Made by a program: the position numbers and the translations under genes
Part shown: in pieces, positions 36,478 to 45,450 of the stretch
Position numbering within the stretch: position 1 is the first letter of the stretch
Layout of the letters: each line of letters opens with the position of its first letter
The notes under the pieces: model-generated
Database searches by the model: none
The model's input: the letters and a program-made list of their open reading frames with translations, nothing else
Told to the model about the DNA's origin: nothing
DNA from: Oscillospiraceae bacterium
GTDB lineage: Bacteria > Bacillota > Clostridia > Oscillospirales > JAGBHD01
DNA length: 62,969 bases
NCBI GenBank assembly: GCA_018110785.1
Contig: JAGBHD010000030.1
Location: 1 to 62,969 of the forward strand
Reading direction: 5' to 3'

Positions 36478-36699
36478 AGTTTTATAGCAAACTAACGTTT
36501 GCAGTTGTATTTTTGCCTAAAGGCAAAAGTTATATTGAAACCACAAAGTTTCAGTGTTATTTTATCCTACGGTAAAACTTGCGAAGCAAATAACACTTGG
36601 CAAAAGCCAAATATCACTACGAAGTAATATAACTCGCCGATAGGCGAATAAAACTGTGGACATTTCAAAATAAATCTCCACACACTGTGAGGTTTTTTA
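36478..36699 (+). repeat. box-plus-mini-hairpin array forming a predicted ladder of nested junctions (unknown element; possible ornate ncRNA)
   Basis: The 9-nt box AGTKNTATW starts at 36478, 36503, 36528 and 36553, an exact 25-nt period. Its reverse complement AATANMACT starts at 36589, 36610, 36626 and 36647. Each gap holds a different perfect 4-6 bp hairpin. The box pairs 36553-61/36589-97 and 36528-36/36626-34 are 9/9 complementary, and 36503-11/36647-55 is 8/9. The segment ends with a hairpin plus T6 at 36677-36699. No ORF. Confidence 0.8.
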
Positions 36700-36759
36700 T
36701 AATAAATTCGTCTAATTAAGTGAAAGGGTTAAAAACAACTTTCAGAAAGGAGAGGGACA

Positions 36760-37308
36760 ATGGATAACGGTGCAAGTAGCTACCGCCGTTTTCTTGATGG
36801 CGACGACAGCGGATTTGTCCAACTCATTAAGGATTATAAAGACGGACTTATTCTATATCTGAACGGAATCGTAGGGAATATTCATACCGCAGAAGAGCTT
36901 ACAGAGGATACTTTTTTTAAAGTAATAACAAAAAAACCTAAATTTCGGGGAAAATCCTCCTTTAAAACATGGCTTTATGCTATAGGAAGAAATGTTGCAA
37001 TTGATTACCTAAGACGCTCCTCAAAGGCATCTATGGTATATCTTGACGACGGTATTGCTGATGAGATAGATTTAGAAGAAAGCTATATAAAAGAGGAAAG
37101 AAAAATTATTATTCACAGGGCGCTTTCGAAGCTTTCTCCTGATTACAGACAGGTTTTATGGCTTGTTTACTTTGAAGAATTTACAAATAAGGAAGCCGCG
37201 GCTGTTATGAAAAAGAGCGTTCATAATATAGAAACTCTCCTTTACAGAGCAAGGCAGAAAATGAAAAAAGAACTTGAGAAAGAGGGATTTGTTTATGAAG
37301 AACTATAG
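36760..37308 (+). CDS. ECF-type RNA polymerase sigma-70 family factor
   Basis: 182 aa. Region 2 (FKTWLYAIGRNVAIDYLRR) and region 4 (FTNKEAAAVMKKSVHNIETLLYRARQKM). RBS AAAGGAGAGGG. Confidence 0.88.
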   Translation: MDNGASSYRRFLDGDDSGFVQLIKDYKDGLILYLNGIVGNIHTAEELTEDTFFKVITKKPKFRGKSSFKTWLYAIGRNVAIDYLRRSSKASMVYLDDGIADEIDLEESYIKEERKIIIHRALSKLSPDYRQVLWLVYFEEFTNKEAAAVMKKSVHNIETLLYRARQKMKKELEKEGFVYEEL

Positions 37309-38008
37309 CGAAATGGCGAATGATATTTTTAGGCGCAGAGATGAATACGAAATAAAGCTCAATAAAAAGAGAAAGGTTATAAAACGGGCGGCGGTATCGG
37401 CGGGAAGTTTTTGTGTTGCTGTTGTCTTAGGTTTTTATGTAGCCGAAAGCGGACTTTTAAGTAAATCTACGGGGACTGATTTAGAAGATGCCGTGTACCC
37501 TGGGACACAGGATTATTTTGATGAGTCGAACAAAATTGTTATAAGCCCTATGGAGGGTGTTTCCGACGGAAGAATGGATGTAGCGCGTTTTCGTGAAGAT
37601 TTTATCCGAATGGAAAAGGAAGAGCTAAATAAATACTATGGCACAAATGTTTTCCCCGAAGTTCCTGAGGATTTGAAAGAGTGGGGACAGGTTTATGGAA
37701 TATATAGGCGAGAGGGCGGCAAGGGAGAGCTTTATTGTGACAGAAATCAGATAACCTATGATAATGGCGATATATCAAGGTCACTTAATGTTTCTGTTGA
37801 AACGGCGGGTGTTCCTGCAAATACTCCTGTTTTTTATGATAAGATACCCGAAAAATCAGTCATAAACGGAATTTCGGTTGCAATCGCCAAAAGCAAAAGA
37901 GGAAATCTTTACAGTGAATTCACCTACAAAAACACCTGCTTTTTTATCTTTGCAACGGGGTTTTCAGATGAAGAATTTGTTTCGGTTATAAAATCTTTGA
38001 TAAAATAA
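37295..38008 (+). CDS. single-pass membrane protein, probable cognate anti-sigma factor
   Basis: It overlaps the sigma gene by 14 nt. A short cytoplasmic N-terminus, one TM helix (AAVSAGSFCVAVVLGFYVA) and an extracytoplasmic domain. The role is inferred from context only. Confidence 0.55.
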   Translation: MKNYSEMANDIFRRRDEYEIKLNKKRKVIKRAAVSAGSFCVAVVLGFYVAESGLLSKSTGTDLEDAVYPGTQDYFDESNKIVISPMEGVSDGRMDVARFREDFIRMEKEELNKYYGTNVFPEVPEDLKEWGQVYGIYRREGGKGELYCDRNQITYDNGDISRSLNVSVETAGVPANTPVFYDKIPEKSVINGISVAIAKSKRGNLYSEFTYKNTCFFIFATGFSDEEFVSVIKSLIK

Positions 38009-38044
38009 AAAGATGTGTGGAATTTTTTCCACACATCTTTTTTA
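38007..38044. terminator. bidirectional terminator
   Basis: AAAAGATGTGTGGA / TCCACACATCTTTT, 14-bp stem with a T-rich loop. Confidence 0.8.
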
Positions 38045-38119
38045 ATGAAGTATTTTGAAAAATCAAAATATGAAGTAATTATCTCCTGATAATTATGAAG
38101 TATTCGGGATTTATTTTAT
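38045..38119. repeat. three ATGAAGTA boxes at exact 25-nt spacing, the first two followed by unrelated perfect 8-bp hairpins
   Basis: Boxes at 38045, 38070 and 38095. Hairpins are TATTTTGA-AAAA-TCAAAATA (38051-38070) and TAATTATC-TCCT-GATAATTA (38076-38095). Confidence 0.75.
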
Positions 38120-39477
38120 TAGTTTTTCAAACTATGTATCGGAGCGGGGATTCTGCCGCCGCGGTGAATGAATTTTGCGGGGGAAGATGTATTGAGGCTC
38201 ATTATAGGAGCATAGCCTAAAAGTCCGCCGAAATCGACCTTATCGCCGACGGTTTTACCATAAGCGGGGATAACTCTGACGGCAGTTGTTTTAGTATTGG
38301 CGACACCTATGGAAATTTCATCTGCTATAATTCCGCAGATAACCTCTTCGCTTGTATCTCCCGGAACGGCAATCATATCAAGGCCTACTGAGCAAACGGC
38401 TGTCATAGCTTCGAGCTTTTCGAGAGTAAGAGAGCCTTTTTCAACTGCGGCTATCATTCCCTCGTCCTCAGAAACGGGGATAAACGCGCCCGAAAGACCG
38501 CCGACATGGGAAGAAGCCATAACTCCGCCTTTTTTAACTGCATCGTTAAGCATGGCAAGAGCGGCGGTTGTTCCGTGTCCTCCGCAGATTTCAAGGCCCA
38601 TATTTTCTAAAATTCTTGCAACCGAATCGCCAATAGCGGGGGTAGGAGCTAAGGAAAGGTCAACGATACCAAACGGAGCGCCAAGACGGTCAGCCGCAAG
38701 GGAAGCTACTAATTGCCCCATACGGGTTATTTTAAATGCGGTTTTCTTGATTATTTCGGCAAGTTCAGAAAGATTGCAATCGCCTGCGCGGGCAATAGCG
38801 GAGCTTACAACTCCCGGGCCTGAAACGCCGACATTTATAACGCAGTCGGGCTCGCCGACACCATGGAAAGCGCCTGCCATAAAGGGGTTATCCTCGGGGG
38901 CATTTGCGAAAACAACTAATTTTGCGCAACCGATTGAATTGTTATCTCTTGTAAGATATGCGGTTTCCTTAATGGTTTTGCCCATTAAAGCTATAGCATC
39001 CATATTTATACCTGCTTTTGTTGTTGCAACATTAACAGAGGAGCAGACATAATCCGTTCTTTTTAAAGCTTCGGGAATGGCAGAAATAAGCCTTGCTTCT
39101 GCGGGGGTTATTCCCTTATGAACTAAAGCGGAGAAGCCGCCTATAAAGTTTATCCCTGTAGCCTTAGCGGCTTTATCTAAGGTTTCTGCAACGCGGATAA
39201 AGCCTTCTTTGGAAAGGTTTCCTCCTACTAAAGAAACGGGGGTTACCGAAACGCGCTTATTAACTATCGGGATACCATACTCTTTTTCGATATCGCAACC
39301 CGTTTTAACGAGGTTTTCGGCTTTTTTTGTTATTTTATCATAGATTTTGCGACAAAGAACATCTTCGCTATCGCTTACACAATCGAGAAGAGAAATTCCC
39401 ATTGTTATCGTTCGGATATCGAGATTTTCATCGCGTATCATATTTATAGTTTCTAAGATATCGGAAGTTTCTAACAT
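38119..39477 (-). CDS. UPF0210/DUF711 (PFL-like) family protein
   Basis: 452 aa. [24 protein letters not shown] is typical of UPF0210. Conserved pairing with the upstream ACT-domain gene. Confidence 0.85.
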   Translation of the reverse strand: MLETSDILETINMIRDENLDIRTITMGISLLDCVSDSEDVLCRKIYDKITKKAENLVKTGCDIEKEYGIPIVNKRVSVTPVSLVGGNLSKEGFIRVAETLDKAAKATGINFIGGFSALVHKGITPAEARLISAIPEALKRTDYVCSSVNVATTKAGINMDAIALMGKTIKETAYLTRDNNSIGCAKLVVFANAPEDNPFMAGAFHGVGEPDCVINVGVSGPGVVSSAIARAGDCNLSELAEIIKKTAFKITRMGQLVASLAADRLGAPFGIVDLSLAPTPAIGDSVARILENMGLEICGGHGTTAALAMLNDAVKKGGVMASSHVGGLSGAFIPVSEDEGMIAAVEKGSLTLEKLEAMTAVCSVGLDMIAVPGDTSEEVICGIIADEISIGVANTKTTAVRVIPAYGKTVGDKVDFGGLLGYAPIMSLNTSSPAKFIHRGGRIPAPIHSLKN

Positions 39478-39488
39478 TTATCTACCTC

Positions 39489-39758
39489 TCAAATTTTATG
39501 CATTGCGCTGAATATTTCCTCATGCATTGTATGGATATCGAGCGCATTTTCTTTTCCTAAATTTGCGAGCTTATCAACAAACTCTGTAAAAGGGATTTTA
39601 AGCTCATCTATCTCTGTTAACATAATCATTGCAAAATATTCCTTTAAAACACTTTGCGAGATATCAACGATATTAGCGCCGCTTTCAGCGCAGATGGCGC
39701 TTACCTTTGCTATAATTCCTACTGTATCCTTTCCTGTAACGGATATAACAGCCTTCAT
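39489..39758 (-). CDS. ACT-domain protein (UPF0237 family)
   Basis: 89 aa. MKAVISVTGKDTVGIIAKVS is typical of the UPF0237 ACT proteins. Confidence 0.85.
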   Translation of the reverse strand: MKAVISVTGKDTVGIIAKVSAICAESGANIVDISQSVLKEYFAMIMLTEIDELKIPFTEFVDKLANLGKENALDIHTMHEEIFSAMHKI

Positions 39759-39901
39759 ATTAAAACTCCTTTTTTGATAAATTACCTATTTATTATACAA
39801 CAGTTTGTTTTTTTAAGCAAGTATAAACCGAAAATAATTGAATAAATAAAGCAAATAAAACCGATAATATTTATATGATTTTTCCATATAGGAGGATTTT
39901 T

Positions 39902-41218
39902 ATGAAAAAGACGACATCACTTATTATCGTTATGCTATTATCTATTGGTATTTTTTCTTCCTGCAGACGGCAGCAGCAAACTGCTGCAGGCTCGGTTTAT
40001 TATTTGAATTTCAAGCCTGAACAGGATGCGGCATGGCAGGAATTAGCGAGGGAATATACCGAAGAAACGGGCGTACAGGTTACTGTTTTAACGGCTTCTG
40101 AGGGAAACTACGAGGCTACGCTGACTTCCGAAATAGGAAAGAACGACCCGCCGACACTTTTTCAGGTTAACGGGCCTGTTGGATTGCAGAACTGGAAGAA
40201 CTATTGCTATGATTTATCTTCCAGCGCTGTTTATTCAGAGCTTACAGACAAGAATTTTGCTTTAACTGAAAACAATATGGTTTACGGCATAGCTTATGTT
40301 ATAGAAACCTACGGGATTATTTACAACAAGACTCTTTTGAATAAATATTTTGCATCGACCTTTTCTACCATTAAATCTGTTGACGAGATAAACGGATTTG
40401 ATAGCTTCGCAACCGTTGTAAGAGAAATTCAGGCGAACAAGGAGTCTCTCGGTGTTTCGGGAGCATTTACCTCGGCGGGAATGGATTCTTCCTCCGACTG
40501 GCGATTTAAGACTCATCTTGCAAATATGCCGATTTATTATGAATATAAAGATGAGAATATAACCTCGACCTCGGCAATTAAAGGAACCTATTTAGATAAC
40601 TACAAGCAGATTTGGGATTTATATATTGAAAATGCTACTGTTCCAAAGACTGCTATTGCAACTAAAACTGCAACCGATGCTCAGACGGAATTCAAAACGG
40701 GCAGAGCAGTATTTTATCAAAACGGAACATGGGAATATTCTAACTGCAAATTTGACCCTGCGAGCGGAGAGGGGCTTTTAGATGCCGAATTCGGAATGCT
40801 TCCTATATATATCGGTGCCCCAGGTGAAGAAAATCAAGGACTTTGCACGGGCTCTGAAAACTATTGGTGCGTTAACAAAAATGCTTCGCCCGAAGATATA
40901 GAGGCTACCTTACAGTTTATTAACTGGGTTGTAACCTCGGATACGGGGACCGAAAGCTTAGCTGAGGATATGAACTTTGTTTCGCCCTTTAAAAATGCCG
41001 AAAGCGCAGATAATCCGCTTGTAGATATTGCGAACGAATATATTGAAGACGGAAAGATAAGCGTTTCATGGAACTTTTCTACTATTCCCTCAGATGCTTG
41101 GAAAAACGGTGTTGGAACGGCGCTTACTCAGTATGCTGCGGGCTCGGGCTCTTGGGAAAGTGTTAGAAAAGCATTCGTTGAGGGTTGGGCTTCGGAATAT
41201 GCAGCTGCAAACAGATAA
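39902..41218 (+). CDS. carbohydrate ABC transporter substrate-binding lipoprotein
   Basis: Lipobox FSSC with GGAGGA RBS. Family 1 solute-binding pattern. Confidence 0.8.
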   Translation: MKKTTSLIIVMLLSIGIFSSCRRQQQTAAGSVYYLNFKPEQDAAWQELAREYTEETGVQVTVLTASEGNYEATLTSEIGKNDPPTLFQVNGPVGLQNWKNYCYDLSSSAVYSELTDKNFALTENNMVYGIAYVIETYGIIYNKTLLNKYFASTFSTIKSVDEINGFDSFATVVREIQANKESLGVSGAFTSAGMDSSSDWRFKTHLANMPIYYEYKDENITSTSAIKGTYLDNYKQIWDLYIENATVPKTAIATKTATDAQTEFKTGRAVFYQNGTWEYSNCKFDPASGEGLLDAEFGMLPIYIGAPGEENQGLCTGSENYWCVNKNASPEDIEATLQFINWVVTSDTGTESLAEDMNFVSPFKNAESADNPLVDIANEYIEDGKISVSWNFSTIPSDAWKNGVGTALTQYAAGSGSWESVRKAFVEGWASEYAAANR

Positions 41219-41236
41219 TAAAAAGGGGAGAAGAGA

Positions 41237-42106
41237 ATGAAAAGGCTACTCAGCCGCTGGTTTCCGATATTTTTTCTGCCGACAGCTTTGTCTTTCATTA
41301 TAGGCTTTTTATATCCTTTTATAAGCGGAATATATCTTTCCTTTTGCAGCTTTATAACTACCTCTGATGCTACCTTTATAGGAATAGAAAACTACAAGGC
41401 GGTTTTTTCCGACCCCTCGTTTTTATATTCCTTTTTATTTACTATAGCTTTCGCTTTGGTTTCGGTTGTTCTTATAAACCTTATAGCTTTTATGATAGCC
41501 TACGCCTTAACCTCAGGGATAAGAGGTGCAAACCTTTTCAGAACGGTATTTTTTATGCCGAACCTAATCGGAGGAATAGTTTTAGGCTATATATGGCAGC
41601 TTATTTTCGACGGAATACTCTCCCGCTACGGGACAAGCATTTCTTTAAACCCGACCTATGGCTTTTGGGGGCTTATAATACTAATGTGTTGGCAGCAGAT
41701 AGGTTATATGATGATAATTTATATTGCAGGGCTTCAGAGCGTTCCAGAGGATATATACGAAGCGGCAAGGATAGACGGAGCAGGAAAATGGCAGATACTG
41801 AAAAAGGTTACTGTTCCTATGGTTATGCCCTCTATTACGATATGCACATTTTTAACCCTTACCAACTCTTTCAAGCTATTTGACCAAAACCTAAGTCTTA
41901 CGGCAGGACAGCCCGGAACGGTAGGGGCGGGGGGAAGAACGGTTTATTTAACCGAAATGCTCGCTCTTAATATTTACAACACCTTTTACCGAAACAACAA
42001 TACAAGAGGTATAGGTCAGGCAAAGGCGGTTATATTCTTCCTTATTGTAACGGTTATAGCCCTTTCTCAGCTTTATTTTACAAGGCGAAAAGAGGTGCAA
42101 CAATGA
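41237..42106 (+). CDS. carbohydrate ABC transporter permease
   Basis: Six-TM MalF-like permease with EAARIDGAG loop. Confidence 0.85.
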   Translation: MKRLLSRWFPIFFLPTALSFIIGFLYPFISGIYLSFCSFITTSDATFIGIENYKAVFSDPSFLYSFLFTIAFALVSVVLINLIAFMIAYALTSGIRGANLFRTVFFMPNLIGGIVLGYIWQLIFDGILSRYGTSISLNPTYGFWGLIILMCWQQIGYMMIIYIAGLQSVPEDIYEAARIDGAGKWQILKKVTVPMVMPSITICTFLTLTNSFKLFDQNLSLTAGQPGTVGAGGRTVYLTEMLALNIYNTFYRNNNTRGIGQAKAVIFFLIVTVIALSQLYFTRRKEVQQ

Positions 42107-42939
42107 GAAAAATCAGAAGTCATCTGACCAGTTTATTTTTCGCGGTTATATCTATTATATATGTTTCTCCTATTTTTATAGTTTTGATGAACTCCTTTAA
42201 GCGGAGAACTGCGATAAGCTCAGAGCCTTTTAAGCTCCCGAATGCCGAAAGCTTTATAAGTTTAGGTAACTATATAACGGGTATGACATTCGGAAACTAT
42301 CCATTTTACAAATCGGTTTTATATAGCTTTATTATAACTATTGCTTCTGCTCTTTTAATTCTGATTTGTACCTCGATGTGCGCTTGGTTTATTGTAAGAG
42401 TTGATAACAAGATATGCAAAATATTCTATTATCTTTGCATTTTTTCGATGATTGTACCCTTTCAGATGGTAATGTACACCCTTTCCAAAACGGCGGATTC
42501 ATTAAGCCTTAACACGCCTTTTACAATTCCTATAATTTATCTCGGTTTCGGGGCGGGCCTTGCTGTTTTTATGTTTGTGGGGTTTGTAAAGTCAATTCCC
42601 TTGTCAATGGAGGAATCGGCTTCAATAGACGGTTGCGGTCCGATGAGGACTTTTTTCGAGGTTATTTTACCAATAATGAAGCCGACCTTAATTTCGGTTG
42701 GAATTTTACAGATAATGTGGATATGGAACGACTATCTACTTCCTTATTTGGTTCTTGATATAAAAAAATACAGAACGATTCCTATTCATATACAATATCT
42801 TAACGGAAGCTATGGGCAAACCGATATCGGCGCTATAATGGCGCTTATAGTTTTAAGCATTATCCCGATAATTATTTTCTATTTTACCTCTCAGAAATAT
42901 ATTATTAAGGGTATTATAGCAGGATCGGTTAAGGGGTAA
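42103..42939 (+). CDS. carbohydrate ABC transporter permease
   Basis: MalG-like permease with EESASIDGCG loop. ATGA overlap with the previous gene. No ATPase gene in the cluster. Confidence 0.85.
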   Translation: MRKIRSHLTSLFFAVISIIYVSPIFIVLMNSFKRRTAISSEPFKLPNAESFISLGNYITGMTFGNYPFYKSVLYSFIITIASALLILICTSMCAWFIVRVDNKICKIFYYLCIFSMIVPFQMVMYTLSKTADSLSLNTPFTIPIIYLGFGAGLAVFMFVGFVKSIPLSMEESASIDGCGPMRTFFEVILPIMKPTLISVGILQIMWIWNDYLLPYLVLDIKKYRTIPIHIQYLNGSYGQTDIGAIMALIVLSIIPIIIFYFTSQKYIIKGIIAGSVKG

Positions 42940-43010
42940 TTTTTAGAATTTGATGGGTTATCGTGTTTCCCTCGCCCGTCGGCTTTACGCTGAGGGGGGA
43001 AGAGAAAAGG

Positions 43011-43042
43011 AAAAAAGAGTCTGAAAAATCAGGCTCTTTTTT
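43011..43042. terminator. bidirectional terminator
   Basis: AGAGTCTGA-AAAA-TCAGGCTCT flanked by A6 and T6. Confidence 0.75.
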
Positions 43043-43046
43043 CTGT

Positions 43047-45065
43047 TTAGAATATAAGATTTGTAAAAGCGCATAGGATAAAGCCGACGGATAAGGGAAT
43101 AAGACAGGAAGCTAAGGTCCATTTTAGGCTTCCTGTTTCTTTTTTTATGGTTAAAATTGTTGTAGCGCAGGGCCAATGGAAAAGAGAAAAGAGCAGAAAG
43201 TTTAGGGCGGTAAGAAATGTCCAGCCGTTTTCCCTTAAAACATTTCCAATCAATGTTACATCTTCTATCATTGGCATACTGCCGCCTTCGGTATATATCA
43301 TAATTGTTAGAGGAAGAATTATCTCTGCCGCAGGAAGACCTAAGATAAAGGCGGCAAGGATAATGCCGTCGAGTCCCATTATTTCGCCGATAGGATTTAA
43401 GATTGAGGTTAAATAAAAAAGAATACTTCTGCCGCCGATTGTTAGATTTGCAAGTAGTTTTATTATAATTCCTGCGGGGATAGAAACGGCTATGGCGCGG
43501 ATAAGTATTTTTAAGGTTCTGTCTAAAAATGAGCGGACAAGCACCGAGATAAGGCGGGGCTTTCTATAGGGCGGAAGCTCCAATATAAAGGAAGAGGATA
43601 GGCCTTTCAGGATAGTTTTTGATAAGATTTTATTTATTAAAAAGGTTATTCCTACTGCGATGCCTAACACCAAGAGGAGAAGTAAGCTTTGCCAAATGGT
43701 AGAAAAGCCTTTTAAAAATGCGGGGGCGAAAAAGAGGGTTATTACCGCTATAATTATAGGAAATCTGCCGTTGCAAGGCATAAAGGAATTGGTGAGGATT
43801 GCTAAAAGCCGCTCTCTCGGAGAATCTATTATTCGGCAACCGTTTACCGCGGCGGCATTACAGCCAAGTCCCATACACATTGTTAGCGCTTGTTTCCCGC
43901 AAGAGGAGCATTTTTGAAAAGGCTTATCGAGGTTATAGGCTACTCTCGGCAGATACCCTGAATCCTCTAAAAGGGTGAAAAGGGGAAAGAAGATAGCCAT
44001 TGGCGGAAGCATTACCGATACTACCCAAGCGGTTGTTCTGTAAGCGCCGTCGACTATTAGGGCTATTAAAAATTCCGAGAGGCCGATAGCTTTAAAAGCT
44101 GAGGTTATGGGGACTTCGAGCGAGAAAAGCAGCTTTGAGAGCATTTCCGAGGGATAGTTAGCTCCGCTTATAGTTAAAAAGAGGATTATTAAAAACAAAA
44201 CGAGCATAAAAGGAAAGGCGGTATATTTGCCCGTTAAAACCCTATCGAGCTTTCGGCTTCGTGTGTCTTCGGAGGTTTTTTCATATGTTACCGTTTCTTT
44301 AGCAATTTCTGAAGCCTTTCGCGTTCTTATTTCTGCTATTTTTTCGCTTAAAGCTTTCGGAGAAAAGCCTGCTTCCGAAAGGAGCTTTTTTTGGGTTTCA
44401 AGTTCTTTTAAAAATATATCGGGGGGATTTATTTTATCTATAAACGCCTTTTCTTCCAACAGAAGATTTAAGCTTTTAAATCGGCGATTGGTTTCGGAAA
44501 ACAAAGCTTCGGATAAGCTGTCCAAGGCTTTATTGACGGGGGCGGGGAGGTCGAGAGAAAAAGGAGAGGGGGCGGGAAGATTATCGAGCGCCTCTCCGAT
44601 TTTTTTTACGCTTTTCTTTTTATTGGCGGATACACCCAAAACGGGACAACCGAGGATAGAAGAAAGCTTGTTTAAATTTATTTTTATGCCGCGGCGGGAA
44701 GCTTCATCAAGCATATTAACCAATATTATAACGCTTTTTCCCGTTTCGATAATTTGAAGCGCGAGGTTTAGGTTTCGAGCCATGGCGGTAGAATCGAGGA
44801 CTACTAAAACCGCATCGGAGTTTCCAAAGCATATATAATCCCTTGTTACCTCTTCTTCTTGACTTTTGGCGCTGAGAGAATATGTGCCAGGGGTATCAAC
44901 TAAGGTATATATAGCCTTGCTTGTTTTAAAAAAGCCCGTAGCGCCTGAAACGGTTTTGCCGGGCCAATTGCCTGTATGCTGATGAAGTCCTGTTAGGGCA
45001 TTGAAAATCGTGCTTTTGCCAACATTCGGGTTTCCCGCTAAGGCTATGGTTTTTTCGGCAGTCAA
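43047..45065 (-). CDS. feoB: ferrous iron transporter FeoB
   Basis: N-terminal G domain (GNPNVGKST, DTPG, NMLD) plus a polytopic membrane domain. 672 aa. Confidence 0.93.
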   Translation of the reverse strand: MTAEKTIALAGNPNVGKSTIFNALTGLHQHTGNWPGKTVSGATGFFKTSKAIYTLVDTPGTYSLSAKSQEEEVTRDYICFGNSDAVLVVLDSTAMARNLNLALQIIETGKSVIILVNMLDEASRRGIKINLNKLSSILGCPVLGVSANKKKSVKKIGEALDNLPAPSPFSLDLPAPVNKALDSLSEALFSETNRRFKSLNLLLEEKAFIDKINPPDIFLKELETQKKLLSEAGFSPKALSEKIAEIRTRKASEIAKETVTYEKTSEDTRSRKLDRVLTGKYTAFPFMLVLFLIILFLTISGANYPSEMLSKLLFSLEVPITSAFKAIGLSEFLIALIVDGAYRTTAWVVSVMLPPMAIFFPLFTLLEDSGYLPRVAYNLDKPFQKCSSCGKQALTMCMGLGCNAAAVNGCRIIDSPRERLLAILTNSFMPCNGRFPIIIAVITLFFAPAFLKGFSTIWQSLLLLLVLGIAVGITFLINKILSKTILKGLSSSFILELPPYRKPRLISVLVRSFLDRTLKILIRAIAVSIPAGIIIKLLANLTIGGRSILFYLTSILNPIGEIMGLDGIILAAFILGLPAAEIILPLTIMIYTEGGSMPMIEDVTLIGNVLRENGWTFLTALNFLLFSLFHWPCATTILTIKKETGSLKWTLASCLIPLSVGFILCAFTNLIF

Positions 45066-45298
45066 TTTATTTTAGCCTCCTTTATAAAAATCTTTTTTAA
45101 ATCCTTTTTGCGTACCGCAATAACGCTTCCCGAAACCTCAATTGCATAAGGGTCGCCAAAGGGGCTTTTGTGAAGACAGGTTACGGTAGCGCCGGGGATA
45201 AGACCTATATCATAAAAGCGGCGAAGAAGCTCTTTTTCTGTCGATATCTTCAAAACAACAGCCCTTTCGCCGAGAGGGACAGATAATAGCGAGGACAT
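45062..45298 (-). CDS. feoA: FeoA-family protein
   Basis: 78 aa from the ATG at 45298 (MSSLLSVPLGERAVVLKI). SH3-like FeoA pattern. ATGA overlap with feoB. Confidence 0.85.
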   Translation of the reverse strand: MSSLLSVPLGERAVVLKISTEKELLRRFYDIGLIPGATVTCLHKSPFGDPYAIEVSGSVIAVRKKDLKKIFIKEAKIN

Positions 45299-45388
45299 AT
45301 ATAAGCACCTTTCTTTTCTTTTTTCGCGGAGAATGAACTCCGTCAAACTATCCTATTCTGAGAGAGGAATTTCCGTTACGCTCAACTG

Positions 45389-45417
45389 TTGACAAAACTT
45401 TACAAGATAGGTATAAT
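45389..45417 (+). promoter_or_regulatory. consensus sigma-A promoter of the class I lysS gene
   Basis: TTGACA, 17 nt, TATAAT. Confidence 0.7.
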
Positions 45418-45450
45418 AATATGGTTAAAAATATTAAGGAGAATGTTAAA

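Noticed and set aside
36478-36699. CRISPR-like array
   Set aside because: The repeated boxes are only 8-9 nt. The spacers are 12-16-nt palindromes, half of the boxes are inverted, and no cas genes are present. The resemblance to a CRISPR array is only superficial.
38297-39052. 251-aa plus-strand ORF
   Set aside because: It is entirely antisense to the well-supported UPF0210 gene. It has Ser/Pro/Ala/Thr-rich composition typical of shadow frames and no RBS.
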